From Phoronis australis (taxonomy: Eukaryota > Animalia > Phoronida): a DNA stretch of 64,000 nucleotides. The notes under the pieces are model-generated. The model made no database searches. It saw nothing but the letters and a program-made list of their open reading frames with translations, and had not been told where the DNA came from. The DNA is taken from contig NMRA01000060.1 in assembly GCA_002633005.1 (NCBI GenBank), forward strand, positions 907,865-971,864. The letters run 5' to 3'. Shown one piece after another: positions 24,701 to 36,533 of this stretch (positions within the stretch are counted from its first letter, which is position 1; every line of letters starts with the position of its first letter). The position numbers and the translations under genes were made by a program.

Positions 24701-27700
24701 ACCACCTTTGCCAGGCGTCCAGGACAGTCGTCCACTCTGGAGATATCACAGCGCAAATGTTGGAAGACTGGTACAGCGTGGACATTAACAGCGTTTGTAA
24801 ACAGACACTCTATACCATGCAAGATTACAATAGCAAGGATTACGGCTTGATTACATCCTGTGAGTATATTGCGTTTTCCATCCAATACTGGGATCGTACT
24901 GCGGGTTCACGTCCGTCTGGACCGTGATAGTGGAACCGAGTAAACGCTCACAACTACGGAGGAATGCGATGAAATTGCAGGAGCGTTAGATTGAAGGTTA
25001 TACATGTACAGTCAGTTGTTTTTGTAGTTGTCAACATTGCAGAACAGCCGTGTGAAAAAACAATTGTTGTCATGGTCACTGGGATGGTACAACGGAATCA
25101 TGGCGCCTGCTCATGATTGCGAAAATCTCTCCCACGGTTGAAATTAATTTCGACCCAGGTTGCCACGGATTTCCGCTTCCCTCGATCGCTCGCCAGTGCC
25201 TAAGTATTCGACGTGATACAGTGGACGTCACCCCACGTGCTCGCGGCTTCATGAGCCCATGCAATCAGTTTTTACGTTTTGGCCTGAATGATACAATGAA
25301 CAAGCAACGTAAATTATATGAATGCTGATGGTGGCAAACTATAAAGTAACTCTTGATTTTCCCCGTCTCTATTTGATTGATCATTTGTCACACAACTGCT
25401 TTGATAGTTTGTCCGGTTTGTTTCAGTGTGTAAGGAGTTTGAGAATCTCATGGAGGACCAGGAACCTATAGAACTGTACACAGAATGGCTAGACAGAATG
25501 ATAGACACATGTGTCATTCAGATGGTAATTAACAATACAACAGCACGAACCCTACGCAGTTTATCGAGTTATCCAATTTAAACCTCGAGAATATTATGAC
25601 CAGGGTCTCTCCTTATTTACTGGTGATAATGAATATATCCAAATATTTTTAACATCTGAATAGATTGAAACCTAGCGTACTGTTTGTACAGCGAGTTTGT
25701 GCAACCTTGGCGAGGTAACGCACGCATGCGTTGTCAGAGAGGAGACCCTGTACATTTCTCAGTGACTGGATTTTGTCTAGAAGGGCACACTCATACATGT
25801 ACCTCAGGACTTGTCGTCTTTCTTTCACGCCATCGATAATTATATGAGCAAAATGCAAAGTTGGGGTACATTTCACCTCAAATGCGCTTCACAAGATCAA
25901 ACACTGTCTGATGTTTTGGCCATTTCACTCCCAGGTAGGAAGTCAAGCTCACATAAATGTGGCACAATGCAAAAGTGACGCTTTCCAAACTAAAACCCAC
26001 ACTTTTCTCCAATGCAGGCGTCTGGCAAACAGTAGATTCTGAAGACAAATTTACCACAAGTTCCACAAAGGGGTCTTAATTTCAAGTTTTTAAACCAGAC
26101 TTTTTGCAATTCTGTTGCTGCATATTCTTTAGTCACAGCAGTACGTGCAACACTGCCACAGCTAGGGAGCCGCTATTTTGCATAACAGGTAATCGACAAC
26201 CGAACTCTGAGTGTACTTTTCTCAATCAAAATATAGTTCACAAGCAACAACTAACCAGATTAATGAAACCTGTTATGTTATTGGATGAGATGTGATTACT
26301 TTATAATCAGACGATATAAGTCATAGTAAAATTCTATTGTCTTAACTCACTAACATCATAGAGGAAGAAGGGCTGCATTATGGGTCAGGCCCATTGGAAC
26401 TAATGCTAACAGGTCTTACTAATAAATGTTACGGCACCTCCCCTTTTTGAAGAAACACAGAGTTATGAAGCTAGTGTAAAAAGTCTGATGTCCTTTAAAC
26501 TACGACAGTAAATGTTCCATGTAACACTTAAGGTGTTTTAAAACTAATTAAACTAAATATTCCGTACACAAGTCCATCCACTGAGGTTTTCACACAACAC
26601 GCCCACTTCGGCTAGTCGCAGGAGTATCAGTAGGAGTTTCGTCAGGGATATTTGGTTCTTCTGGCATCGATGTGTCGAGTTCGGTCTGCTAGTCAATATT
26701 GAACTGTTCTGAAGTTTTACGCAAATGTCTTCTTTTGTGACGGAAAGTTCCTCGATTGGTTGCCACCTTGTATGATCGGGGTGTGGCTTCCAGACTGATA
26801 ACCTTTCCCACATCTTGGTAGCTGTATTGAGCATGCGTATGTTGTCGCTCGGGTATAGTGGGGGTAACTGTTTCGAACCTGGGAAGTAATGCGCTTCTGT
26901 GCCTCTTGGCGCATTTGTAGGGCTTCATTGGTCTCGCCGTTCCCCTTCTTAGGCAAAGTAGGTAGCATGGTGCGATACTTTCTGCCGTTGAGCAGTTCAC
27001 TTGGACAATGAGTTTTGTGCTCAGTCGGCGTTGATCGTAAGCACATCATTGCCAAGTGGAAGGGATCGCTTCCTTTCTCGAAGCCCTTGATGAACAGATT
27101 CTTGACTGTCTGTACCATTCTTTCGACGAACTCGTTCGCATAGGAGAAACATCGGTGATGTCGTAACATGTTCCAATTCATACACTTCCGCGAACTGTTT
27201 GAACTCGTACGATGAGAACTGTGGTCCGTTGTCTGAGACGACCTTCTCGGGGAGACCGTGTTCATCAAATATAGTTTTCAAATGATTGATGACAGAAACG
27301 GTCGTACTTGAGTGCAGTCTTCGTACGATGGGAAACTTGGTATACATGTCAGCGACTAAAGTCCTTTCGCTGCCAGTAGAATAGGTCCATACCAATCGTG
27401 TGCCCGGTCTGAGTGGAACGTCTTGTGGTAACAGAAGTTCTTTGGTGTTGGCATTCTGGTGATTCCATCCCAGAATACTGACGCTTATGCTGCACTAGCG
27501 CCACCAGTCTGATGACTTCCGATTCACTCGTTTGTGTAGTTCCACTTGGTTTGTTGCCACCGTGTTAATGTAGCCACCCACTCCAAGTGCCAAGCCGCTG
27601 TCATCCAATACATTTTGACCACACCTGAGGAATGATATACATTTAGCTCAGTTTTTAAAGGGCTTTGACCAATATGTGGAAATTGTGAAAAATAATGAGC

Positions 27701-30700
27701 ATAAGCTCAACAACTATTGTTGTCAACAACTACACTGTTTTACAAAATATATTGAAGGGTACCACTGGTAACTACATTGTAGGCGAGTGAAAAGCAACCC
27801 GGATCTGTGAAGCAGAAAGCCCGACAATTCTTACTCACGTGGTCTTTCTTTGGTACCAGAATCATACGGGAACTGACGCTACACAGTGCTCCGAGTTTTG
27901 GTAAGTAGTGTCGCCAGGTCCTTGACACATGCCTCAAAGTATCTAGTGATATCACTTAAGCTGGCGTGCATGAGGTGAACTTTGAACCACCACCGTAATA
28001 CTCAGCACAAGGAAACTTCGTACACATATGCTCCACGACAAAGGACAAATAAACCATTCAAGGACCTGCCAAGTGTCTGAATTAATGCCTTCAAATTTTG
28101 TCAAGTGCCTTTGGTATTTATACCTTGGGAACGTGGGGCCCGTTCAAAGAAAACTGACATGCCTATGACAAATCTTAAGTTTCAGTCAATTTTAAGATAA
28201 AAATTGTCTCAATTCTGTTCCAAGAAAGTGATCGTACATGTAGGTTTTACTTAAGCTTTTGACTCAAGTTTTGTCTTGATTTAGACTAACTTACCGGATG
28301 TGGAAGTAAGGGTTACAGCATCACATATAACAGAACAGTTTTAAACTCATAACATTCGGTTCTCTTCCTTTTCTCTACTCGGTGCTCTTAACATGTCCCT
28401 TTGTTAGAACGATGTTGTATTTTCATCTTCTTTAGGATCGTTCCATTTGTTGCATCTCATGTTTGACGATTACGTAATGTACAGAGTGGAATCGTTATGT
28501 AGTCAAGAAACAGCCAATCAGCTCCTCATGGCTGCAAAAGGAGAAAAAACAAACGGTAACAAATCTCTTCTAAGTCCTATGTTTCAACAGTTCTTAACTT
28601 ACAATGTACAAAGAAAAAATGAAAAGTCGTAAACAAATGTTCATTCTTAGCTTTGAAGTAATGCTTGGTATACCTGGTGTCAGCACGAAAAAAAACCGAA
28701 AAACTTGTGGTTATACCAGTGGCGGATTTAGACGAGGGCCAAGGGGGCCGTAGCCCCCTAAATTATCCCAGACTACATTTTGGCAGTTTGGGGGTACAAA
28801 TCTCTGAAGGGCAAAATCCTGGCTAATACTCTGCCCCCCCCCCCCAACTCAAAAGGCTGTATACTGCGTACACAAGCTTTCCGATCAACCATATGATAAT
28901 AACATGTGAACGCTCGTCTAACATCTAGTCTCGTCCTTGTCATCCGAGCCCACATCAGAGGCCGTATTTTCGGCAACAGCCTGCATTCCAGGGGTATGAT
29001 TTGTGGTCAGGGCTCTTGGTAATCACGCGTACTTGCTGAAGCGTACGATCACTTAAGACTGCGAGAAATGGTGCAAGCGAATAGCGAGCCTTAGTCACGA
29101 CATTCTTGTGTCTACTGAACGCAACCCAAAATAGAAACGTGTTGCACATTAATGTCATACTAATTAGTCGAAAGGCAGCATACAGAACTAACGAGGGTTG
29201 TTCAGGGGAAAGCGTCCCCTTTACTTTCGCTCGTAATTACTACGGAGGCTTCACTCGTGTTTTGCGACCGTAATCGTTGTATCCAATGAAAAATTGGTTT
29301 GTAAGTGACTTGAACTGCGCGTTATACGGGTGTAAAGTATCCTCGTATTTTGTTCTCGTAATTTTACACTCGTAATTTTACGATCGTAATTTTACGATCG
29401 TAAAATACGAGTGTGAGATTGAGTGATCTGTTAATAAGGTCATGTACAACGCTAAAATGGCGAAATTTGGCTACTTTCGGAGCGCTGTATCTCAAGAATA
29501 CCGCTCACTGGATGTAAACGAAACTTTCAGATACTATGCTTTATGCTCTGTTCTCCTCCGGAACACTTGGGCGTGACTTACACCCTAATTTCTCATTGGA
29601 TATAACGACTGCAGTCGTAAAACAGGATCGAAATCTTGGTAGTAACTGCGACCGTAAATATGCGCGACACATTTCCCGAACGGTCCAAGATAGAAACGTA
29701 TTTGTGATAGCTTGTCTTAAAGATGTTCTGTCTCATTAAAACCGTGAATATTTAAATTTGTAGCAAGGGCTCCCTTGTGGCTTCTTGGAGAACTATATGT
29801 ACAAGTATAATCAGGAAAAAAAACAATTTGTAAGTAAATTGCGGTTTTAAACAAAACACCAAAACTGATACACTTAAAAACCATTATGATCCTATAGGAA
29901 ACTCTAGTAATTCCAAATATTACGCAACTGTTATTTGATAGTGAAATGAAAAAAAAAATAAAAACTGGGTCTTGTTTCATTAGAGTAACAATGACGTATT
30001 ACCATATTCATTTACATAACAATAGTATCGCAAAACGAGACTTTCGCGAGATTGTAATGGTAACTGATTCTCGGGTGGTTTCCGGCACACTGAAAAACCC
30101 GGGGTTGTTCGTAAACTAGTTCTTCCTTTGCATATTCGCAATTTAATGAGACATTGCATCTTTAAGCGGCCGGTCTCCCGTCCGATCAGACGTCCTATGT
30201 GCCTTGGTGTAAAAGTTCGTCATCTAAACTAAACGCAGTTCGTGTTGCCTTGGGTTACGTAAAAGTGACTAGTCATTTTCAGTTTTCCGTTCACGCTTTC
30301 AATGTTGTAACAGGCTGTTTTATACTGGAAAATTTGGTAATTGTGTATTTTCATCTTTATTAAGTGATCACGGAAGAAGTCATTCTACCCAATCCGTCAA
30401 TTACTCTATCATCGCCAAGTGCATTTGATGCAAGCTTGTCGACGCCTGCACTTCCAACGTCGTCATTAGACGACCACTGTCGGACGTCGTGTTCCATCGG
30501 TTACGAAAGCAGCAACAGTAAGATGAATTAAACAAGGATTGGGCAACGGCAAATAAAGACGAAACAATGAAATGTTCGTCTCTGTCAGTCTTAATAGGAT
30601 ATTAAAAGAGTGGTGAACCCGGTTTAGGCCTGTTATCAGATAACAACTGCGATTTTCCACCAATCAATAAAAACAAACTCTAAAACTCTCGTCAACCCTC

Positions 30701-33501
30701 AACAGTTTGCTGCAGCAAATTTTGAAAGCTGCTGAACAACTAAGCGTGGTCTGCGCTTTGGGCTTGTTGCCTGATAAGTGCAGGAAAAGACCACCCACCC
30801 AGAGCAATAACATCCATCACGTGGCACAACGAGTATGTATTTTTAGTTGAGTCTTGCTTTTATCACTGACGGAAAAGAATTAAGGAGGATTGACTGAAAT
30901 CACCAGAACTGTTTAGTGCCCTTTTGAACGCTAGCTTATTTGGAGATTTAAGCCTAAACAAAATTTGTCTCGATTGCTATTGCCCAGTCATGATTATTTT
31001 TAAAAGACATGAAAGCTTCCCGTATTCAGTATAAGGTGTGGCAGTAGAATTCATTGTGGACAGCTTATATCTTCATAACTCACGGTGTACAGTTTATATC
31101 TTCATAACTCACTGTGGACAATCTCTATATCTTCATAACTCACTGTGGACAGTCTCTATATCTTCATAACTTGACAGTCTCTACAGCTTCTTAACTCACT
31201 TTGGACAGTCTATTTATCTTCATAACTCACTGTGGACTGTCTCTATATCTTCATAAATCACTGTGGATAGTCTCTATATCTTCATAACTCACTGTGAACA
31301 GTCTATCTTCATCTTCATAACTCACTGTGGACAGTCTTTGTATCTTCATAACTCACGGTGGACATTGTGTATATCTTCATAACTTACTGTTGACAGTCTC
31401 TATATCTTCATAACTCACTGTGGACAATGTATATCTTCATAACTCACTGTGGACAGTCTCTATATCTTCATAACTCACTGTTTACAGTCTCTATATCTTC
31501 ACAAGTCACTGTGGACAGTCACAATATATCTTCATAACTCACTGTGGACATTCTCTATATCTTCATATCTCACTGTGCACATTCTCTACTATAACTCACT
31601 GTGGACAGTCTCTATATCTTCATAACTCCTTGTGAAAATTCTCTACTATAACACACCGTGGACTGTCTCTATATCTTCATAACTCACTCAAATTTAAAAC
31701 GAATTTGTGATAATTTCTAATTGCGAAAACATATTCATGTTTTAGTCCGTGTTTAAAAGTACTTTCGCTACCTGACCATGTGATTTAAAAACAATTAGGT
31801 AAAGGATGGTTTAATTTAGTACTACACGTACCCCATACCATTAATTGGAAATCACTGCGGACGTTAGCATACACAGCATATTAGTAATTTGGAATTATTC
31901 CCAAAATGTATCCTACTAAAACAAATTTAGATGTACAGCCATCTTAAAACCACCGCACCATACACAAGATTCTGTTTACACACCCTTTGCCTCCTTTTAG
32001 ACATTCTGACGTCACCACTGGCCTCAGTTCAGCAGCACTTTGATGGAAGTCTTCAAATGGTAAATAACATCAGTCTGGAAATGCACGAGCCCTGTACACC
32101 TAGGTAGGCGTTACGTTAAATACCGCCAATGCAATTTCTTTACTATAAACAGAATCCATTCTGTGCATTCGATTTATTGCTTCATAACCTTTTATTCAAA
32201 CGCACCTTGTATGGAAGCCTGAAGTGAGAAACGATAAATGAGCTTAAATATTTGGAAAAGACGTAATAAAATACTAATGTTGTAGTGTTGTTTCAGCTCT
32301 TACGGTGTGGACTCATTTTGTCGCAGCAACAATTCCTTATCCATACAAGAACCTGTCTTCAACTCTTACGGATTCAACGGAAGTCAGGTATCGTGCCCAC
32401 TTGGTTCGTGCGATTAATTACATACCTCATTAAAAGTTCAATCTCATAATACGTTGTCCTTTGCGTGTTTCCTACTAATCGTTATTGGAAGAGATTGTCT
32501 AGGGAAGAGAGATCTTGATGCAGAATATGACAGTCTAACAAGGTGTTCTTCAGTTTTCAGCCATTCCCCCGTACAACAACTGCCTTCGGAGAACAGATTC
32601 CAATCATTGGGCTATGACGTCACAACCAGCATTCCAAACAGCCATACAAAACACCACGTAAATGTTTATTTATTATTTCTCGGCTAAAGCGTTGATACCA
32701 TTGATGAAGTACATGAGGTGATGATTAATTCCTAGTTTGTCGTCATCAAAACAAGCTAAACCCTTTTCAAGGAAAGGTGCGAAATAACACCATTGTTAGT
32801 ACTACTTCGCTACTTAGATCAACTAGTACCTTTAATTTTTGTACGCTGTGTATTTCCTGGAATTGTACAACAGAACAGTTATATTCGCAATTTAGTATGC
32901 AGCTAAACATATTTTTCTTATACCCAAAAAGTACATGCGATTGTTGATTCAAGTTTCATTTTAGTCTAACAATTCATCATCGTCCGTACATGTATATGCC
33001 AAATTTAATTGCAACTATTGTATTTAGCAAATTTAAACGTTCCCAGATTATATCCGTGTTTTGACTTTTATGTTACTGCTTGGAGTTAAGACTTTTGTCA
33101 TGACCAGTGGGTCGACCGCCCGTTTCAGTGCTGGTACGGTAAAATCTTGTTTATGGGGCCACAGTAGTACATGATGTGCCATGACCTTATTTGCAGGATT
33201 GTACCATTTTAATATTTGGAAATGAAACGAAATCCAAGCTAGCCCAATCATTTTTATGAATGCTTAGAGCAATTATTGTCTTTTCAGGCCAGACATAGGT
33301 AGCTACGAATACAGTGCTTTTACAAATTTTACGAGACCTCATAACCCAGAAACGTATCAGGCTTTCACCGAAAGTTCCCCATTTTATGACGTAAGTTCCG
33401 GGAAGAGGCCCATCGAGTCTGTGAATGAATCAGACGGAACGAGAGTACAGAGTACAGACTCCACGTATACCCCGCTACCACATTCCTACCAGTTATCATG
33501 A
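17289..33501 (+). CDS. RFX4: RFX4-like regulatory factor X transcription factor; exons 17289-17352 (tentative), 17436-17561, 18798-18870, 19049-19172, 19731-19792, 21562-~21639, [exon(s) missing near N at 21705], 22098-22175, 22518-22681, 23085-23185, 24656-24859, 25427-25524, 27783-27900, 28436-28555, 30365-30517, 32001-32103, 32297-32387, 32554-32657, 33288-33501
   Basis: The spliced translation gives the RFX winged-helix DBD ([78 protein letters not shown]), B/C domains ([34 protein letters not shown]) and dimerisation domain ([17 protein letters not shown]...[21 protein letters not shown]), closely matching vertebrate RFX4 as recalled. The first exon and last five exons are less certain. 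Confidence 0.93.
17436..17561 (+). CDS. RFX4: RFX4 N-terminal exon ([17 protein letters not shown]...)
   Basis: tttcag acceptor, donor gtaaac, phase 1-1; SWLEDC resembles the SWIERC motif of the long vertebrate RFX4 isoform. Confidence 0.75.
18342..18763 (+). mobile_element. TTAA-type MITE, slightly 5'-truncated copy of the family at 29721-30161
   Basis: Aligns by eye with 29721-30161 from tgtctcattaaaacc to aatttaatgagac..gcatct|ttaa. Confidence 0.75.
18798..18870 (+). CDS. RFX4: RFX4 exon, start of DBD ([25 protein letters not shown])
   Basis: tttag acceptor, donor gtaacg; KPHSTP motif. Confidence 0.9.
19049..19172 (+). CDS. RFX4: RFX4 DBD exon ([16 protein letters not shown]...NAASFGK)
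   Basis: Canonical RFX DBD sequence, AG/GT bounded. Confidence 0.95.
19731..19792 (+). CDS. RFX4: RFX4 DBD exon ([21 protein letters not shown])
   Basis: [13 protein letters not shown] signature; tgtag acceptor, donor gtaagt. Confidence 0.95.
19800..20712 (-). mobile_element. 5'-truncated L1/Tx1-like LINE retrotransposon (ORF2 C-terminus with CCHC zinc knuckle), antisense in an RFX4 intron
   Basis: 239-aa ORF 19983-20702 with KCPYC...STEHMFFLC; minus-strand AATAAA (19813-19818) and A-tail (T9 at 19798-19806); 17-bp TSD GCCAGTCAAAGTAAGTT at 19783-19799 and 20713-20729. Confidence 0.9.
21562..21639 (+). CDS. RFX4: RFX4 DBD C-terminal exon ([25 protein letters not shown]); donor position uncertain
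   Basis: YHYYG motif in frame with the previous exon; cctag acceptor. Confidence 0.85.
21675..21704. repeat. (TG)n microsatellite ending at an assembly N
   Basis: About 15 TG units before the N at 21705. Confidence 0.9.
21706..21828 (+). mobile_element. Right TIR of a second copy of the Kolobok-like family at 11816-12358
   Basis: Near-identical to about 12235-12358, ends GGTTGCCTTCGCCT|TTAA; left part lost at the N. Confidence 0.82.
22098..22175 (+). CDS. RFX4: RFX4 domain B exon ([26 protein letters not shown])
   Basis: Motif match; tttag/gtcagt boundaries. Confidence 0.93.
22518..22681 (+). CDS. RFX4: RFX4 exon ([55 protein letters not shown])
   Basis: Motif match; tttcag/gtgagt boundaries. 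Confidence 0.93.
23085..23185 (+). CDS. RFX4: RFX4 domain C exon ([33 protein letters not shown])
   Basis: Motif match; tttcag/gtgagt boundaries, phase 2-1. Confidence 0.93.
24141..24329. mobile_element. MITE with long imperfect TIRs flanked by TATA
   Basis: cacgcagtggccatttta...gtgagcc..tttaggttt is mirrored by aaacctaaa..ggctcac...taaaatggccactgcgtg; TATA at 24137-24140 and 24330-24333. Confidence 0.72.
24656..24859 (+). CDS. RFX4: RFX4 dimerisation-domain exon ([27 protein letters not shown]...)
   Basis: Motif match; ttttag/gtgagt boundaries. Confidence 0.93.
25427..25524 (+). CDS. RFX4: RFX4 exon ([32 protein letters not shown])
   Basis: Motif match; tttcag/gtaatt boundaries. Confidence 0.9.
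26271..27461 (-). mobile_element. Degenerate Ty3/gypsy LTR retrotransposon remnant (integrase core, PPT, putative 3' LTR)
   Basis: Frameshifted integrase segments: [51 protein letters not shown]. Minus-strand PPT aaaaaggggagg is followed by TG at 26436; possible LTR 26271-26436. Confidence 0.85.
27783..27900 (+). CDS. RFX4: RFX4 exon ([39 protein letters not shown])
   Basis: Motif match; tgtag/gtaagt boundaries. Confidence 0.92.
28436..28555 (+). CDS. RFX4: RFX4 exon ([40 protein letters not shown])
   Basis: Motif match; tttag/gtaaca boundaries. Confidence 0.92.
29721..30161 (+). mobile_element. Complete 441-bp TTAA-flanked MITE (Kolobok-like termini)
   Basis: TTAA|AGATGTTCTGTCTCATTAAA ... 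TTTAATGAGACATTGCATCT|TTAA; second copy at 18342-18763. Confidence 0.78.
30365..30517 (+). CDS. RFX4: RFX4 C-terminal Ser/Pro-rich exon ([19 protein letters not shown]...)
   Basis: In phase with the previous exon; EEVIL resembles vertebrate EEIIL; donor gtaaga. Confidence 0.68.
31052..31688. repeat. About 31-bp minisatellite (TATATCTTCATAACTCACTGTGGACAGTCTC), about 20 copies, intronic
   Basis: Directly visible tandem array. Confidence 0.93.
32001..33501 (+). CDS. RFX4: RFX4 last four exons (32001-32103, 32297-32387, 32554-32657, 33288-33501), ending ...[13 protein letters not shown]
   Basis: The chain of AG/GT exons keeps frame (phases 1-2, 2-0, 0-2, 2-stop); YTPL recalls the vertebrate RFX4 tail; TGA at 33499-33501. 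Confidence 0.62.
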
Positions 33502-35954
33502 TAATGTTTTGACAGTAGTATATATGGTTTGATTTGTCACCACACGCTTCACACCTGTGCACAATATAGCTATAACAATAGTTTTATACGATCCACTGTG
33601 TTGGGGATATGTGCCCCGTTGAAAGCAACAGTCCCAAATATCGACTCAACTAACTTCCCTAAATTTACTGCGTACTGGGTCTTTAAAAACACCTGTCTTA
33701 TTTTGTTTATTTCGAGTCTCGTTAATAAGTCAATGTTTGGCATTAATATAAATCGAGAGTGAACTTAACGCTAACTTTTCAAGACCCATTGAAAATAAGT
33801 AGGTATCTTTTCATGCAACGCCCCTAATTTAAGGACTAAGTCCCTCAATCGTTTTGGCTGAATTAAGGGGTCAGTTTTTATTTGTATTATTAAAAATGCC
33901 ATTAGATAAAGAAGAGCTCACAACAAAGATACATTTTGTTGAAAAATATTATATATGTGCCTTAAGATTGAAACACATACGAAAAGATTTAAGGAACTTA
34001 GTTGAGTCCCTATTTGGGTCTATTTTATGCAACTGGGCACCGTAGTCCACATACCTAGTGTGTTTGAATTCGTGTGTAAATGTCACCGCAAAAATTTGCC
34101 TTAGCCTTAAAACGTGTAAAATATTCTCAGATACCCTTGAAATTGTGTTTGTCAACAATGTGGAACAAATAGGTATTAAAGGAAATTGAAAAGGCAGTGT
34201 ACGAATTTTTTGAGTCAACTGCACCAACACGTCATCAATTTAAGACTGAAGATGGCCTTCCGAGGAGTCCAAACAATAGTTTGGGAATGGGTGTCATGAA
34301 TAACTATGTAATCTGTATAAGATATCATTAACAATGTTGATGTTACATCAACCGAAATTCCCATATAAATGCATCTGTAATCTAGAGATACGAATTGATA
34401 ACAGAACAAGAAGAAAATATTCTAACAGGCCGGACTCCTTCCCTCTTAGTGTTAATTACTGCTAAGGACACTAAAAATATGCCTAATGTTTCGTGATGTC
34501 CTCAATAATGTTAAACTCCAAAGTTACGTATTGTATATAACGTTTTTCAACAATCACATTCATTATAAAGAAGGATTTTAATGCACGTGGATCCAGTTAC
34601 CTCCACGTTTTATATTTCGGTCAAGACTCACTATTGTGGAGTTGCGTGGTATCCGTAAAAACACAATTTCGTAACTTAAAACATGACTATGTGACTACAA
34701 ACGAACAGTAATACTGATTTTGTGCGTATGGTGTGATTCTTCTACCTACCAAAAACATTGAGATTTCATGATTAAAGATGTAGAATTTTAAAATATTTGA
34801 AGAATTATTATCCTTGGTATTCGGTTACATTTCTATACAGTTGGGTTTAGTATCTTATGAGGTTATACTTAAGGAGGGTATGATTATTTTCTGTCCCCGA
34901 AAACTGCTACAGTCGCCTTGTTGTTTACCGATCTGTGTCATGTCTGGTCGATTTAACACCAATTGTATGACATGCTACGTGTTCTTTTGTAATTAAGAGT
35001 TTTCCCCATTGAATGGATGCATTTGATTGACTTTACCAGTCCCACCAGGTCAACTGGCTAAGCCACTTGATTGGTTTTCGACGTGGACTTCCAGATTGCA
35101 GACCAACCAGAAGTCTTAGGCAATTGACCAGGCGGAATCCGATGAGCACGTATTGCGATGTTTAATTTTAGCATCTTGGATCGAAGTGTTGACGCCTTGG
35201 AATGAGACAAAATATGTGTACTCGGTCCCCTAAAAATGTCAGGTTTGCGTATGTTCGCCAGAGAATGGTGTTAACAGTAGATGACCTTTGATTGTCGGAA
35301 TATAGTGCATTCAGACAGGGAATATCACAGAAGATGGCTAGGAATTGTTTGAAGTCAAAGCCTGTGCATTGTTTATTTTGAGTTGACACCAATCAAAACA
35401 AACGACCCTGTATTCCGTGCAGGACATACATCACAAGATATCTGTGCAGAAATCATTTTTATTGACGTTATTGTAATTGTACACAAGCTAAATTGAATAC
35501 ATGTCAGTAAAATAACATTATATTAATATATTAAAAACAAATAATGAACTTATGCCAACGTGGTGTATAAAGTTACATGTAGGTTTAACTGACAATCATC
35601 CAGTTTCTTCACTCTCACAACACGCACGAAGGTTAACATTAATATCGCCCTTCTCTCATTAACATAATGTTTGGTTTCGAGGTTAACTTATTTTCTTTAA
35701 AAACACAAGGCTATTCTTTTGGTTTCAATTCTCTTGTAATTGCACAGCCCATATCCCAACTGATTTACCGCTAAAGCTTGATAGAAAAGAATTGTGTAAA
35801 CTAGGTTATTAATGGCAACGGCTGTGCGGTTAGTGAGAAATGATTACATACAAATTCAGTCTCAAATGTCCAGTTAGAAAATAAACATAAATATAAACAT
35901 AAACATAAGCATAACAAATGTTAATTCAAACAATATATGCATGGTAAGTACTGT

Positions 35955-36533
35955 TTATGGACGAGTGGATTCGTTTGTTGACGATGTTCTCGAGCAAAAG
36001 CATACACCATTTCGTTTACTTCTCTTCAGAGTTTTATGCATGTGATAGCAGACCTTTGACGATTTCACAGTACGATGTCCAGTCATAGTGATTTTATCCA
36101 CCGAACATATGCTTGCGGCTGCCTTTAAGGTGAACTTGGTAGGTCGTACAGCCGAGTTGTGCAACGGATACCGATCGATGAAGAACGTGTCGTCGACACG
36201 TTTTAGTCCCAGCAAATAGAACTCTCCGGGAGAAACTTTTGTGACGTCGCAGCCTGCCATCATCGACACGGCGTCTTTTATTCTAATTATGTGAGATATA
36301 GGTTTGCGAGGTTCGTCGTTTTTCAATACGCAATCCACGACGAATGTTCCCTCAGTCGTGTATTCCAACAGCGTCGTGTTAATGTACTGTCCGTAAATTA
36401 AAACGTTGAAGCGGTCCATCAGCTCAACGTTGCTCATTTTACGCGGGCGTTCCATCAACAGGCACGCCCTGGTGACGTCACACAATATCAGTGCGCTGGT
36501 AATAGTAAGCATAAGCCTGTGCAATTTTGCCAT
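35955..36533 (-). CDS. Secreted 192-aa Cys-containing protein with an NtA (agrin N-terminal)/TIMP-NTR-like OB-fold domain
   Basis: Hydrophobic signal peptide ending TRA|C; NVLIYG, VDCVLK, C...V.PG.FYLL and LHNSAVRPT pattern; acceptor tttattttcag directly before ATG; candidate upstream donor gag|gtgagt at 37679/37678; minus-strand AATAAA at 35458-35463. Confidence 0.78.
   Translation of the reverse strand: MAKLHRLMLTITSALILCDVTRACLLMERPRKMSNVELMDRFNVLIYGQYINTTLLEYTTEGTFVVDCVLKNDEPRKPISHIIRIKDAVSMMAGCDVTKVSPGEFYLLGLKRVDDTFFIDRYPLHNSAVRPTKFTLKAAASICSVDKITMTGHRTVKSSKVCYHMHKTLKRSKRNGVCFCSRTSSTNESTRP

Noticed and set aside
28717-28760. CAGTGGCGGAT... hAT-like MITE terminus
   Set aside because: No matching opposite terminus or TSD was found.
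30706-30832. Possible extra RFX4 exon (caacag ... CGA|gtatgt)
   Set aside because: Its only open frame is out of phase with the flanking exons, which already join in frame without it.
31052-31688. CRISPR-like array (about 31-bp repeats)
   Set aside because: Repeats are head-to-tail without unique spacers, in a eukaryotic intron, with no cas genes; it is a minisatellite.
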